Shown here: positions 51,129-60,444 of the stretch, in pieces
Position numbering within the stretch: the first letter of the stretch is position 1
Layout: each line of letters starts with the position of its first letter
Assembly (NCBI GenBank): GCA_029856125.1
Contig: JAHQWJ010000138.1
Span: 20,521 to 84,520, forward strand
DNA: 64,000 bases
Source of the DNA: Promethearchaeia archaeon
GTDB taxonomy: Archaea; Asgardarchaeota; Lokiarchaeia; Sigyniarchaeales; SOKP01
Reading direction: 5' to 3'
Program-made: the position numbers and the translations under genes
Notes under the pieces: generated by a model
What the model was told of the DNA's origin: nothing
Database searches by the model: none
The model's input: only the letters and a program-made list of their open reading frames with translations

Positions 51129-51157
51129 CGTCCTAGTTATAAAAAAATTGTTAAGTT

Positions 51158-51982
51158 TTAATCCCTAATAAATTCAAATGAACCATCAGTTTTTTGAGTG
51201 GACGATTCAAGGACTTCAAGAGCATCTGATAGAATACTTTCTGCGTCGAGATAATCTTTGGTAACAATTTCTAATCTATAATAGGGCGCACCCAGATATA
51301 ATAAACTTATTTTTCGCGTTTCTACTGGTTTATCGATTATGTTAACAACTTCATCCAAAGTTTCTTTTAGTTTAGTAATTCCATCTCCGCTTTTATTAAT
51401 AAGTTTTATTTTACCGATTATGCTTACTGTAGAAATCTCAACATTTTCGTCTACTGTTTTCAAAAAAGCATCTTTAACATGATCTGGAATGTCTGTAAGT
51501 TCATTTAAAAGTTCTTCTCCCTCTTCTTTAAGCGCTTCAATTGCTTCTTGATAAAAATCAAATTGTTCTTTTATAGGCCAACCTATTAACTCGTAAGCTT
51601 GATCTAAGGTAAGATCAATTCCCTCTGTTTCCGTTAAAAACTGCAGGAGAATCTCAAATTTATTTGCATATTTATGTTCTTTTGCTATCAAAGCTTTCTG
51701 GGCAGAATTGACGCGTCTCAAAGAGAGATCAATTTGTCCTTTATCAGGAACAACTTTCACAACTCTCAATACTACTCTCTGACCAACCCTCACAATACTT
51801 CTAATATTCCTAACCCATCTACTTGAAATTTCACTAATATGAATCATTCCTCTGGCAGTTTCTTCTGATGGGAGGCCATTATAATCCGGTAAGTCCACAT
51901 AAATATATTGTTTTTGGATATCGACAACGCGCGCCATGATAAACGCACCTTCTTTAGGAAACGGATTTCTATTCTTGACCAT
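51158..51982 (-). CDS. eif2a: Translation initiation factor 2 alpha
   Basis: S1 domain GMIHISEISSRWVRNIR, KGQIDLSLRRV, GAPYYRL. Confidence 0.95.
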   Translation of the reverse strand: MVKNRNPFPKEGAFIMARVVDIQKQYIYVDLPDYNGLPSEETARGMIHISEISSRWVRNIRSIVRVGQRVVLRVVKVVPDKGQIDLSLRRVNSAQKALIAKEHKYANKFEILLQFLTETEGIDLTLDQAYELIGWPIKEQFDFYQEAIEALKEEGEELLNELTDIPDHVKDAFLKTVDENVEISTVSIIGKIKLINKSGDGITKLKETLDEVVNIIDKPVETRKISLLYLGAPYYRLEIVTKDYLDAESILSDALEVLESSTQKTDGSFEFIRD

Positions 51983-52134
51983 GATATCTACAAGCTTTTT
52001 ATTTTTTTTTTATTACTATGTAATTTAACAAACAATAACTTTTTACTTTTATTATGAAAATAGTAGAAAAAGGTTTTTTTTTACTATTCTTTATCAAATT
52101 TATAGTATAGAACCAAATAAAAAGTGATCTAAAA

Positions 52135-52590
52135 ATACCAAACTGGATCGTGCATAGTAAATGGGCAAAAAAAGCGGGAATTGACAAAATTATCGCTGAT
52201 TTTGTAAATAGAAACATTGATTATGGAACCTCTTGGGCATTTACCAAAAACGAAAACGATTTTCCCGTAGAGGAATTCGAAAGTACTAAAACAAAGCAGT
52301 TGAATTTTTTTTATCAGAAAGACTTAGAAAAAGAAAATGGCCACAAGTCATATGTCAAAGCATATTACTTGCATCACTTATTAGATTACTTTAGAGAAAC
52401 GCGAATAAACATATATGAGATAAAAACTGTCTTCGATCAATTTTTAAAAGAAAAAATTGAAACTGAAATCATAAATGCTGAAGGGAATAAAGTTAATTTC
52501 TTGGAAGAAATTCATCAAATTTTCGATGTTCTAAGAAAAAATAAAGAAGAATTATACTCAGATCTTAAAGGGGGATATTTTACTAATTAG
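52135..52590 (+). CDS. Hypothetical protein, possibly metal-dependent hydrolase-like; probable ATA start at 52135
   Basis: (M)PNWIVHSKWA N-terminus, NRNID, YYLHHLLDY; AAGTGAT 6 nt before ATA. Confidence 0.6.
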   Translation: MPNWIVHSKWAKKAGIDKIIADFVNRNIDYGTSWAFTKNENDFPVEEFESTKTKQLNFFYQKDLEKENGHKSYVKAYYLHHLLDYFRETRINIYEIKTVFDQFLKEKIETEIINAEGNKVNFLEEIHQIFDVLRKNKEELYSDLKGGYFTN

Positions 52591-52676
52591 AATATTGGAA
52601 AAGATAAATCAATCTTTACTCAACAAATTTATCTAGTGCTTCCTTTCGAACTAATGCTAGAAATTATAGTAAAAAA

Positions 52677-52720
52677 TATATATTTGATATCATTAAGGAT
52701 TATATATTTGATATCATTAA
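52677..52720. repeat. Perfect 20-bp direct repeat TATATATTTGATATCATTAA (52677-52696, 52701-52720) upstream of EF-1alpha
   Basis: Read directly; each unit contains the palindrome TGATATCA. Confidence 0.9.
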
Positions 52721-52791
52721 TCTAAAATTATATTTTATAATTTCATATTAAATTATCAAACCTAATAATAAGTAGAGGAAATTGATTTAAA

Positions 52792-54102
52792 ATGCCAACT
52801 GATAAAGAACATTTAAATCTTGTTATAATAGGTCATATAGATCACGGCAAATCCACCATGATGGGTGCAATGCTCATTAAAACTGGAGCAGTAACCGACA
52901 GAGAAGCACGAGAACTTGAGAAATTAGCAAAAGAATACGATAGAGAATCTTGGTCATACGCTTATGTCTTTGACAGATTAAAAGAGGAGCGAGCACGCGG
53001 TATTACTATTGATTTAGCATTCCGAAAATTCGAAACGAGTAAAAAATACTTTACCATTATTGACGCTCCTGGTCATGCTGACTTCGTAAAGAACATGATC
53101 ACTGGTGCCTCTCAAGCTGACGCCGCAATTTTAGTAGTTTCTGGAAAGAAAGGTGAAATGGAAGTCGGTATCGCAGCAAATGGACAAACTCGAGAACACG
53201 CTTACTTAGCCCAAACTTTAGGTGTTAAGCAATTAGTTGTTGCTGTTAATAAAGCAGATGCCTATGATTATAGCGAACAGCGTTATAATGAAGTAAAAGA
53301 CGCAGTCTCTGATCTCCTAAAAAATATCGGTTTTCCAGTCAAAAAAATTCCGTTTGTACCCGTTAGTGGTATTAAAGCAGAGAATTTGACGGAAAAAGAT
53401 GATAAACTTTCATGGTACGAAGGTCCAACCTTAATTGAAGCGATTGATGCCTTTGATCTCCCTCCAAAACCTACTGGCAAACCATTACGAGTTCCTATTC
53501 AAGACGCATATAGTATTAAAGGTACCGGAGTTGTCCCTGTTGGAAGAGTTGAAACAGGCGTATTGAAGCAGAATGATAAAATTGTTATCATGCCAACCGG
53601 CTTTGAAGGCGAAATAAGAAGCATCGAAATGCACCACGAAGAACAAGCTTCTGCTGAACCTGGCGATAACATCGGTTTTAGCATCAGAGGAATTACTCTG
53701 GCGGATGTTGGTCGTGGCGATGTCATGGGTCATCCTACTAATCCTCCGACTGTAATCACTCCAAAGGGGAACTGGACTGGACAAATAATTGTTATTTGGC
53801 ATCCAACAGCAATTGCTCAAGGATACACTCCTGTAGTTCACGCTCATACAGCTCAAGTAGCCGCTAAATTTATCGAGTTAAACAAAAAGTTAGATCAGAA
53901 GACTGGTGCCGTAATCGAGGACAATCCGAAATTTCTCAAAAAGAATGAAGCAGCGATCGTCAAACTACAGCCAATTAAAAAGCTTTGTATTGAAAAGTAC
54001 GAAGATTTTCCTGAGCTCGGGCGATTTGCGGTAAGGGATATGTCCAGAACATCCTGCGTGGGAATTGTAAAAGACCTTGAGATAGGAGAAGAAGAAGAAT
54101 AA
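52792..54102 (+). CDS. tuf: Translation elongation factor EF-1alpha
   Basis: GHIDHGKST, ERARGITID, DAPGHADFVKNMITGASQAD, NKAD, LGRFAVRDM. Confidence 0.97.
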   Translation: MPTDKEHLNLVIIGHIDHGKSTMMGAMLIKTGAVTDREARELEKLAKEYDRESWSYAYVFDRLKEERARGITIDLAFRKFETSKKYFTIIDAPGHADFVKNMITGASQADAAILVVSGKKGEMEVGIAANGQTREHAYLAQTLGVKQLVVAVNKADAYDYSEQRYNEVKDAVSDLLKNIGFPVKKIPFVPVSGIKAENLTEKDDKLSWYEGPTLIEAIDAFDLPPKPTGKPLRVPIQDAYSIKGTGVVPVGRVETGVLKQNDKIVIMPTGFEGEIRSIEMHHEEQASAEPGDNIGFSIRGITLADVGRGDVMGHPTNPPTVITPKGNWTGQIIVIWHPTAIAQGYTPVVHAHTAQVAAKFIELNKKLDQKTGAVIEDNPKFLKKNEAAIVKLQPIKKLCIEKYEDFPELGRFAVRDMSRTSCVGIVKDLEIGEEEE

Positions 54103-54264
54103 AGACACAATCTTTCTTTGATTTTTTTAATTAATTTTTAATTTATTTTTATTTGCTATTTTCTATTAGTTTTATAATTTCATATTATGTGAATATTATT
54201 TTCATTTTTGTAAGATTATTTGCCTTTTCTAATTATCATAAATCGTAGTTAGAAAGGGTTAATT

Positions 54265-54741
54265 TTGTTAACAACTAAAAAAAAGATTTGTTTTATTGGA
54301 GAGCAATCGGTGGGAAAAAGTTCACTGCTATCCTTATTACAGGGAAGGGAAGTCCAAGAAGAAAGAGTTCCTACGGTGGGATTAGAAGTGGAAGATTCCG
54401 TTTTGAACGGTCAAAATTGTTCAGTTTGGGACTTAGGAGGTCAGAAAAGGTTTAAGTTTATGTGGCAGGATTTTCTCAGAGGTGCTGGTTTAGCAGTGAT
54501 CGTGTGTGATTCTACTGAAAAAAATGTAGAGCAAACAAAGGAAATCTACAATAGATTTGAACGTAGTTTAGGAACTAAAATCATCGCAATCGCGAATAAG
54601 CAAGATCTACCTGGTGCTTTAAGTGCTAAAAAAATCCAGAAAAAATTAGGCGGTGTTAAAACGTACGGAATGTCAGCTATTAGACCTGAGTTACAACAAA
54701 GGATGAGAGAAATATTAGAGTATGAGATTCATACCAAATAA
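54265..54741 (+). CDS. Arf/Arl-like small GTPase
   Basis: GEQSVGKSS, PTVG, WDLGGQ..F..MW, ANKQDLPGAL, MSA. Confidence 0.9.
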   Translation: MLTTKKKICFIGEQSVGKSSLLSLLQGREVQEERVPTVGLEVEDSVLNGQNCSVWDLGGQKRFKFMWQDFLRGAGLAVIVCDSTEKNVEQTKEIYNRFERSLGTKIIAIANKQDLPGALSAKKIQKKLGGVKTYGMSAIRPELQQRMREILEYEIHTK

Positions 54742-54748
54742 AACTCTA

Positions 54749-55309
54749 CTATAACGCTTTTCCTATTATATGAGCAAGGCGTACGGGTTCTGGGATTTTA
54801 GAATCGATGCACACCTTTTGAAATAAAGCATTAACATCTGCATATGAAATTCCTTTAGAATGAAAAAACACTTTTGAAAGACCTCCCGCTGTTTCAGTAA
54901 CAGTTTCATATAAATTGCCTGCTTTTACAATTTTTCGTAATTTAGCTATGTTATTTTGTGGGAATTTTTTTAAAATCGCTTTTCTAACTGCATCAAGATC
55001 CACTTCTTTTTCAGTTACAGCAATAATTGGTTTATTCGTAGCTTTGTAGATTTCTTCTAAATCAATTATGTTAAAACCACCAAAAGTAATAGTATCTGTA
55101 AGTATGAATTGCACATGTTTTTCATTTTGCCTTATAAGTTCGATTAAAACTTCTGTAGCATCATCTCCATCAATAGTAATTTCTTTTTTGACCATACGAA
55201 CCATTCTCGTGCCTTGACAAACTATTCCAATTAGATCGGTCGTGAGTGATTCAGAATCAAATTTAAATTTCGCATCGTCTACTCCAATTGTTATTGGGAA
55301 TTCTTTCAT
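54749..55309 (-). CDS. DUF99 family (endonuclease V-like) protein
   Basis: IGVDDA, ITIDGDDAT, ITFGGFNIID, IPEPVRLAHII. Confidence 0.88.
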   Translation of the reverse strand: MKEFPITIGVDDAKFKFDSESLTTDLIGIVCQGTRMVRMVKKEITIDGDDATEVLIELIRQNEKHVQFILTDTITFGGFNIIDLEEIYKATNKPIIAVTEKEVDLDAVRKAILKKFPQNNIAKLRKIVKAGNLYETVTETAGGLSKVFFHSKGISYADVNALFQKVCIDSKIPEPVRLAHIIGKAL

Positions 55310-55311
55310 GT

Positions 55312-55764
55312 TCAGCTCTCGGGTAGAAACTTTTTAATGTGTATCAGGAGTTTAGTGAAAGCAATCGTTGCGTTTTGAATTTCCTCGCTTCTATTGTATA
55401 GGTCACCACTTAAAGAATCGGCGAGAAAATTAACCATATCTTCTATAGTCATTTTATCACAAAACCATATGTAAGCAATAAGAGCCTCAACGGTGTCAGC
55501 AAGATCGTGTGCGTCTGCCCTACTTTTTGAAAATTTTTTCATATCGGCCTTTTTTAGAGCTTCGGCCAGAATTTTTTTACTTACTTTTAATCCTGTTCTT
55601 ATGCTCTTATTGTTTTTGTTAACTTTAGTTAAAAAAATAGATTTTGCTATTGAGTAAGTAAGATTAACTACACCATCTCCTATTTTCGCTAATCCTTTAT
55701 CTGTCCCTATCGACTTACAAGTTAGAGTGGAATTTATATCCTTTAGCAAAAATTCATACGGCAT
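55312..55764 (-). CDS. Archaeal ribonuclease III-like (mini-III) protein
   Basis: DKGLAKIGDGVVNL, ADTVEALIAYIW. Confidence 0.8.
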   Translation of the reverse strand: MPYEFLLKDINSTLTCKSIGTDKGLAKIGDGVVNLTYSIAKSIFLTKVNKNNKSIRTGLKVSKKILAEALKKADMKKFSKSRADAHDLADTVEALIAYIWFCDKMTIEDMVNFLADSLSGDLYNRSEEIQNATIAFTKLLIHIKKFLPES

Positions 55765-55824
55765 TAAGAATAGAAGAGCAGTAATTTCTTATAAAGTTTT
55801 CATACAAATACAAAAAAGAGAGGT

Positions 55825-56316
55825 TTACATGAGTTTTTTAAATACTTTTTCAACTTTTCCAACTTCTGTTCTTAAGGTTTCTATCGTATTGTAAAGAATT
55901 TTTTTTATTTCATAGCCATCTTCCAACCTAATGAATATTTCTGGAGGAACAAGTTTGGTGATTTTATACGCTGCTGAATTAACACCTTCAGTTTCTAATA
56001 GAAGTTGTACAAAAATGTTACAAAATCCGTGCGATTGCCCTTCTACGGATAACGTGTAATCATCGTCCCTAAAACCTTTTTTTAAGCCTAATGTTAGAAA
56101 TTTATAAGTTGGTTCGGGTTCGGGTTCAATTTCAAAACCTTCTTCTTCTTCCTCTTCATCCTCATCGTCAACTACATCTATAGAGACTGATTCTTCTTTT
56201 GGTTTTGAATCATCTGATACATCTGGATAGTGACTTTCTATCTTTTCATCATCAAATAGGTCTTTATCATCAGTATCTAAATTTTCTTCTTTCGGTTCAG
56301 CTTTTTTTTTTGCCAA
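55825..56316 (-). CDS. rpoL: RNA polymerase subunit Rpo11/RpoL with acidic N-terminal extension
   Basis: LSVEGQSHGFCNI...GVNSAAYKI..P.IFIR; csl4-X-rpoL synteny. Confidence 0.8.
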   Translation of the reverse strand: MAKKKAEPKEENLDTDDKDLFDDEKIESHYPDVSDDSKPKEESVSIDVVDDEDEEEEEEGFEIEPEPEPTYKFLTLGLKKGFRDDDYTLSVEGQSHGFCNIFVQLLLETEGVNSAAYKITKLVPPEIFIRLEDGYEIKKILYNTIETLRTEVGKVEKVFKKLM

Positions 56317-56398
56317 AATAATCCACCAAAACTAAGTTCTCTAATCTAAAATTAAATAAATGTTTTTTGGTTTTAAAACAATAACAAGATAAGCATCT

Positions 56399-56620
56399 TT
56401 ATAAATATTGGTTAGCTAGCTCTCTTAATCTTTCACTTGCTAAATATTGAAGGTCTCTTGGTCCAAATAATGTGATTTTAATTACATTTCCATCCACTTT
56501 ACAATTTAGATTAAGATAATTTATTTTTTTTTGAACTTCTTCAAGAAATTTTACAATATTCGTTAACTCTCCGCTTGAATTATTGAAATTTATAACTTTT
56601 CTGCCTCCACGGTTACCCAA
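56399..56620 (-). CDS. Small protein resembling the DUF2067 N-terminal domain
   Basis: Position between csl4 and rpoL; KFLEEV..CKVDGNVIKITLFG pattern. Confidence 0.55.
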   Translation of the reverse strand: MGNRGGRKVINFNNSSGELTNIVKFLEEVQKKINYLNLNCKVDGNVIKITLFGPRDLQYLASERLRELANQYL

Positions 56621-56683
56621 AATAAATCCTCTTCATAATTATTTATATTAATCTAAACATGTGTTAAAAAGAAGTTAACAGAT

Positions 56684-57280
56684 TCAGTATCTTAGATTTT
56701 CAGTAACATTTCCATAATCGCTAGCTAATTTCCTATTTTCAGTGTTTCCACATCGTGAACACTTCAACTTATTTTGTCCTATTTTCTCAAGAGTTGATCC
56801 ACATATGCTACAATCAGCATGGATAACACCTAGATTATTACCTACGGTGCTCAAGCTGTATTCATTTTGTTCTTGTTTAATAACTTTAGCTCTGACAATA
56901 TCGGTAATTTGAAATGCATCTGCGATTTTTTCAATAAATTTATGGGATATATGAGATACATGGATATTGCCAAAGTAAGAACTATTAAAGTGAATTTTAT
57001 TATTGATGGTAGCAAAACTAATGCCAACGGAATAAAGTCTTAGAAATTGAATCGTTCCTATTATAATATCATTAATTTTTATTATTTTTCGATCTTCGTC
57101 TTGGTGACCTTTAATTTCTATAGCTCTTCGTTCTTTATCGATACTGACTATTCCTGTTTTAGTGGCAAAAATTTGACCATCTCTTACGAAAGTTGACTTT
57201 TTATCCGGTAAGTATTCTTCTACAACGCCTAAATATTGACCCGTAAGAGCTATTTCATTATTTTTCTTAGATTCTTTCAT
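56684..57280 (-). CDS. csl4: Exosome RNA-binding subunit Csl4
   Basis: LGVVEEYLP, S1 domain IHVSHI..FQITDIVRAKV, LGVIHADCSICG, CSRCGNTENRKLA. Confidence 0.93.
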   Translation of the reverse strand: MKESKKNNEIALTGQYLGVVEEYLPDKKSTFVRDGQIFATKTGIVSIDKERRAIEIKGHQDEDRKIIKINDIIIGTIQFLRLYSVGISFATINNKIHFNSSYFGNIHVSHISHKFIEKIADAFQITDIVRAKVIKQEQNEYSLSTVGNNLGVIHADCSICGSTLEKIGQNKLKCSRCGNTENRKLASDYGNVTENLRY

Positions 57281-57396
57281 AAATTTCAACAAAAATCTTT
57301 TAATTTCTCTATTTAATTATTATTAATTAAAATAATTAAATTTTTTCATAATTTTTCATAAAATAAATTATGGAGAACAGATTTTAGGCGATTAAG

Positions 57397-58044
57397 ATAA
57401 ACAAGAGAGATTTAATATCGTTACTTCAGCAAACTGAAGGATTTTCGAATCCAAATATTAAGTTAGAACAATATTGTATTGATGCAAAAAGTGCTGTTGA
57501 CATTGTTTTCTTCGCAGGAGTCGAATTTAATGATGTTAAAAAACGGTTGATTTTGGATTTAGGCGCTGGAACCGGAAGATTATCAATAGCGTGTGCGTAT
57601 CTCCAAGCTCATTATGTATTAAGTGTAGACATAGATTTCAACGCTTTGAAGATATTAAAAAATAATGTCCATAAATACGGTTTAGAAGCTGTTATCTTCC
57701 CTATCTGTTCGGATATAAATCAATTTGAACTTTTTCGAAATGTGAATCCCGAGGGGCTTTCTATTACTACTATTATGAATCCTCCTTTTGGAGTCCAAAA
57801 AAAAACTGCTGATCGCTTTTTTTTAGCGAAAGCGTTTAACATCTCACATGTTGTATACTCAATACATCTCGCAAATCCAAAAGTACACCAATTTATCTCG
57901 ACATTTATAAAAAAATATAATTGGGAGATCGATTATGTATTTCCTTATCACTTGAAACTTAGTAAGACATATGAATTTCACAAACAAAAAACTAAATCAA
58001 TTAATGTAAATATTTACAGATTTAAAAGAAAAAGAGAGAGTTAA
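57397..58044 (+). CDS. METTL5-family methyltransferase; probable ATA start at 57397 (track TTG 57547 omits the conserved N-terminus)
   Basis: In-frame NKRDLISLLQQTEGFSNPNIKLEQY upstream of LDLGAGTGRL; IMNPPFG; VVYSIH. Confidence 0.85.
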   Translation: MNKRDLISLLQQTEGFSNPNIKLEQYCIDAKSAVDIVFFAGVEFNDVKKRLILDLGAGTGRLSIACAYLQAHYVLSVDIDFNALKILKNNVHKYGLEAVIFPICSDINQFELFRNVNPEGLSITTIMNPPFGVQKKTADRFFLAKAFNISHVVYSIHLANPKVHQFISTFIKKYNWEIDYVFPYHLKLSKTYEFHKQKTKSINVNIYRFKRKRES

Positions 58045-58050
58045 GAAAAA

Positions 58051-59355
58051 TTACATGTAATTCTTCCACGAATCAAAATTTTTGGGGTATTTTGCTTTAG
58101 AACCTAGTGCTTCTTCTATACGGAGTAGTTGATTAAATTTACAGGTTCTATCGCTCCTGCATGTGGCACCTGATTTCATTTGTCCCGTACAAAGACCTGT
58201 AGCTAAATCAGCAATAAAACTGTCTTCAGTTTCCCCAGAACGGTGCGATACCATTACGTTGAACCTACTATTAAATGCCATTTTAGCCGCTTTTATTGCT
58301 TCCGTTAGGGATCCTATTTGATTAACTTTAAGTAATAGGGCGTTACCTGCTTTTTCATCTATCGCTTTTTTCAATATTTTTATATTCGTAACGGTAAGAT
58401 CGTCGTCGACAATTTGGATCGATCTATCAACCTTAGCTGTTAGGTTTGAAAAAGACCTAAAATCTTTCTCATCAAATGGATCTTCAATGGATTTAAATGG
58501 GTATTCGTGTATTAAATTCAAGTAATATTCCATTAGTTCCTCACTCGTGAGCTTTTTCCCGTCAATGTTATACATTTCATCTTCGTAAAATTCACTTGCT
58601 GCTGCGTCCATTCCAAGTACGAAATCGGCGCCCATCATAAAACCTGCCGCTTCGATAGCTTCTATGATTATATCTACCGCCTCCGTAGTTGTCGATAAAT
58701 TTGGAGCGAATCCCCCTTCATCACCTACGTTAATTGCGGAAGGGCCATAATTCTGTTTCAGTAGTTTTTTTAAGTTTTGATAAACTTCCGCGACATGTTG
58801 TATTGCGTTTGAAAATGAATCAGCACCTATAGGTAATATCATAAATTCTTGTATAGCTAAGTCATTTCCAGCGTGTTCTCCCCCGTTAATTATATTACAT
58901 GACGGTATAGGTAATAAGAAATCTTCCCTTGATTTTCCATATGCTAATTCGTAGAGATATTGATATAATGGTTTCTCAGATAGAAGCGCAGCTAACTTTG
59001 AAACAGCTAAAGATACTGAAAGTATTGCATTGGCACCTAAGTTGCTTTTGTTTTCCGTGCCATCAATTGCAATCATCTCCTCGTCAATATTGGTTTGTTC
59101 TCGAACATCAAAACCTTGTAGTTTATTGCCTATTGTAGTGTTTACATTAGATACTGCATTAGTAACATGCTTACCTAAGAAAGCATCTCCTCCGTCTCGT
59201 AATTCTAAAGCTTCCATAATTCCCGTCGATGCTCCTGAAGGAACTGCTGCTCTTGCGTAAACTTTCCCCGCAAACACGTCAGACTCTACGGTAGGGTTTC
59301 CCCTTGAATCTAAAATCCATCGAGATTTAATTTTCGTGATTTTATAATCTGTCAT
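58051..59355 (-). CDS. eno: Enolase
   Basis: ILDSRGNPTVE, VPSGASTG, VGDEGGFAP, LLKVNQIG, SHRSGETED. Confidence 0.98.
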   Translation of the reverse strand: MTDYKITKIKSRWILDSRGNPTVESDVFAGKVYARAAVPSGASTGIMEALELRDGGDAFLGKHVTNAVSNVNTTIGNKLQGFDVREQTNIDEEMIAIDGTENKSNLGANAILSVSLAVSKLAALLSEKPLYQYLYELAYGKSREDFLLPIPSCNIINGGEHAGNDLAIQEFMILPIGADSFSNAIQHVAEVYQNLKKLLKQNYGPSAINVGDEGGFAPNLSTTTEAVDIIIEAIEAAGFMMGADFVLGMDAAASEFYEDEMYNIDGKKLTSEELMEYYLNLIHEYPFKSIEDPFDEKDFRSFSNLTAKVDRSIQIVDDDLTVTNIKILKKAIDEKAGNALLLKVNQIGSLTEAIKAAKMAFNSRFNVMVSHRSGETEDSFIADLATGLCTGQMKSGATCRSDRTCKFNQLLRIEEALGSKAKYPKNFDSWKNYM

Positions 59356-59472
59356 CGTATCGTTTCTTTGTCCATTTTTTAAAGTTGTATAATAATAATA
59401 AATAAAGAAACTTTAATTCTTAATAGTATTTTTTATTTATTATTAGCAAATCTATTTATATTTGGTGTTAGA

Positions 59473-60444
59473 ATGTCAGCTGAAAACAAACCATGGGTGG
59501 AAAAATATAGACCTCGCTTATTAGATGATGTGGTTAACCAAGAAGGAATTATTAAACGATTGAAGCAATTCGTAAAGGATAAATCAATGCCACACATTAT
59601 ATTCGCTGGTCCCGCCGGTACTGGTAAAACTACTTCTGCATTAGCAATGGTCAGAGAATTATACGGTAATAAAAAGGCAATTAATATTACATATTTGGAA
59701 TTGAATGCAAGTGATGCCAGAGGTATAGATGTTATAAGAACTTATATCAAGGATTTTGCCAGAGCTAAACCTCCATCCGATATATTCTTTAAAATTCTAA
59801 TTTTAGACGAAGCAGATAATATGACAGCACCAGCCCAACAAGCTTTAAGGAGAACAATGGAAAAATATACGCGTAACTGTAGAATGATATTAATTTGTAA
59901 CTATTCTAATAAAATTATTCCACCTATTCAATCTAGATGCGTGGTTTTCCGTTTTTCATCTTTGAGAAACGAAGATATTAAAAACCGTGTCAAATTCGTT
60001 GCAAACAAAGAAGACATAAGCGTTAGTCCTGATGGTTTAAACGCTTTAGTCGATGTATCTAAGGGAGATTGCCGCAGAGCAATAAATTACTTGCAATCAT
60101 GCGGAACAATCTCGAAAAATATTGACCAAGATGTGGTTTTCCGGGTTGCTGGAGAAGTCCCACCTGAACGGATTAGAGAGGTCCTTAAAACAGCTCTTAA
60201 GGGGCAATTACAATTTTCACTAAAATTGTTAAACGATATAACAAGAGAGTATGGATTGTCTGGCATAAACATCGTTAAGAATTTACATCGAGAAATTTAC
60301 GACTTGGATGTGTCAGAAGATGTAAAAATAGAGCTAACGAAAATCCTTGCGGAGTTCGAGTACCGCTTAAGTCAAGGAGGCACGGAAGAAATTCAATTAC
60401 AAGCCCTTCTCGCTAATATTGTTACGCTGCATGATACTGAATAA
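59473..60444 (+). CDS. rfcS: Replication factor C small subunit
   Basis: PWVEKYRP, GPAGTGKTT, ELNASDARG, LDEADNM, QSRC; no intein. Confidence 0.96.
   Translation: MSAENKPWVEKYRPRLLDDVVNQEGIIKRLKQFVKDKSMPHIIFAGPAGTGKTTSALAMVRELYGNKKAINITYLELNASDARGIDVIRTYIKDFARAKPPSDIFFKILILDEADNMTAPAQQALRRTMEKYTRNCRMILICNYSNKIIPPIQSRCVVFRFSSLRNEDIKNRVKFVANKEDISVSPDGLNALVDVSKGDCRRAINYLQSCGTISKNIDQDVVFRVAGEVPPERIREVLKTALKGQLQFSLKLLNDITREYGLSGINIVKNLHREIYDLDVSEDVKIELTKILAEFEYRLSQGGTEEIQLQALLANIVTLHDTE

Noticed and set aside
33774-52720. The two direct repeats as CRISPR remnants
   Set aside because: Only two units each, separated by 3-4 nt, with no spacers and no cas genes.
60397-60444. 48-nt convergent overlap of rfcS and truA
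   Set aside because: Real, but short 3' overlaps are common in compact AT-rich genomes.
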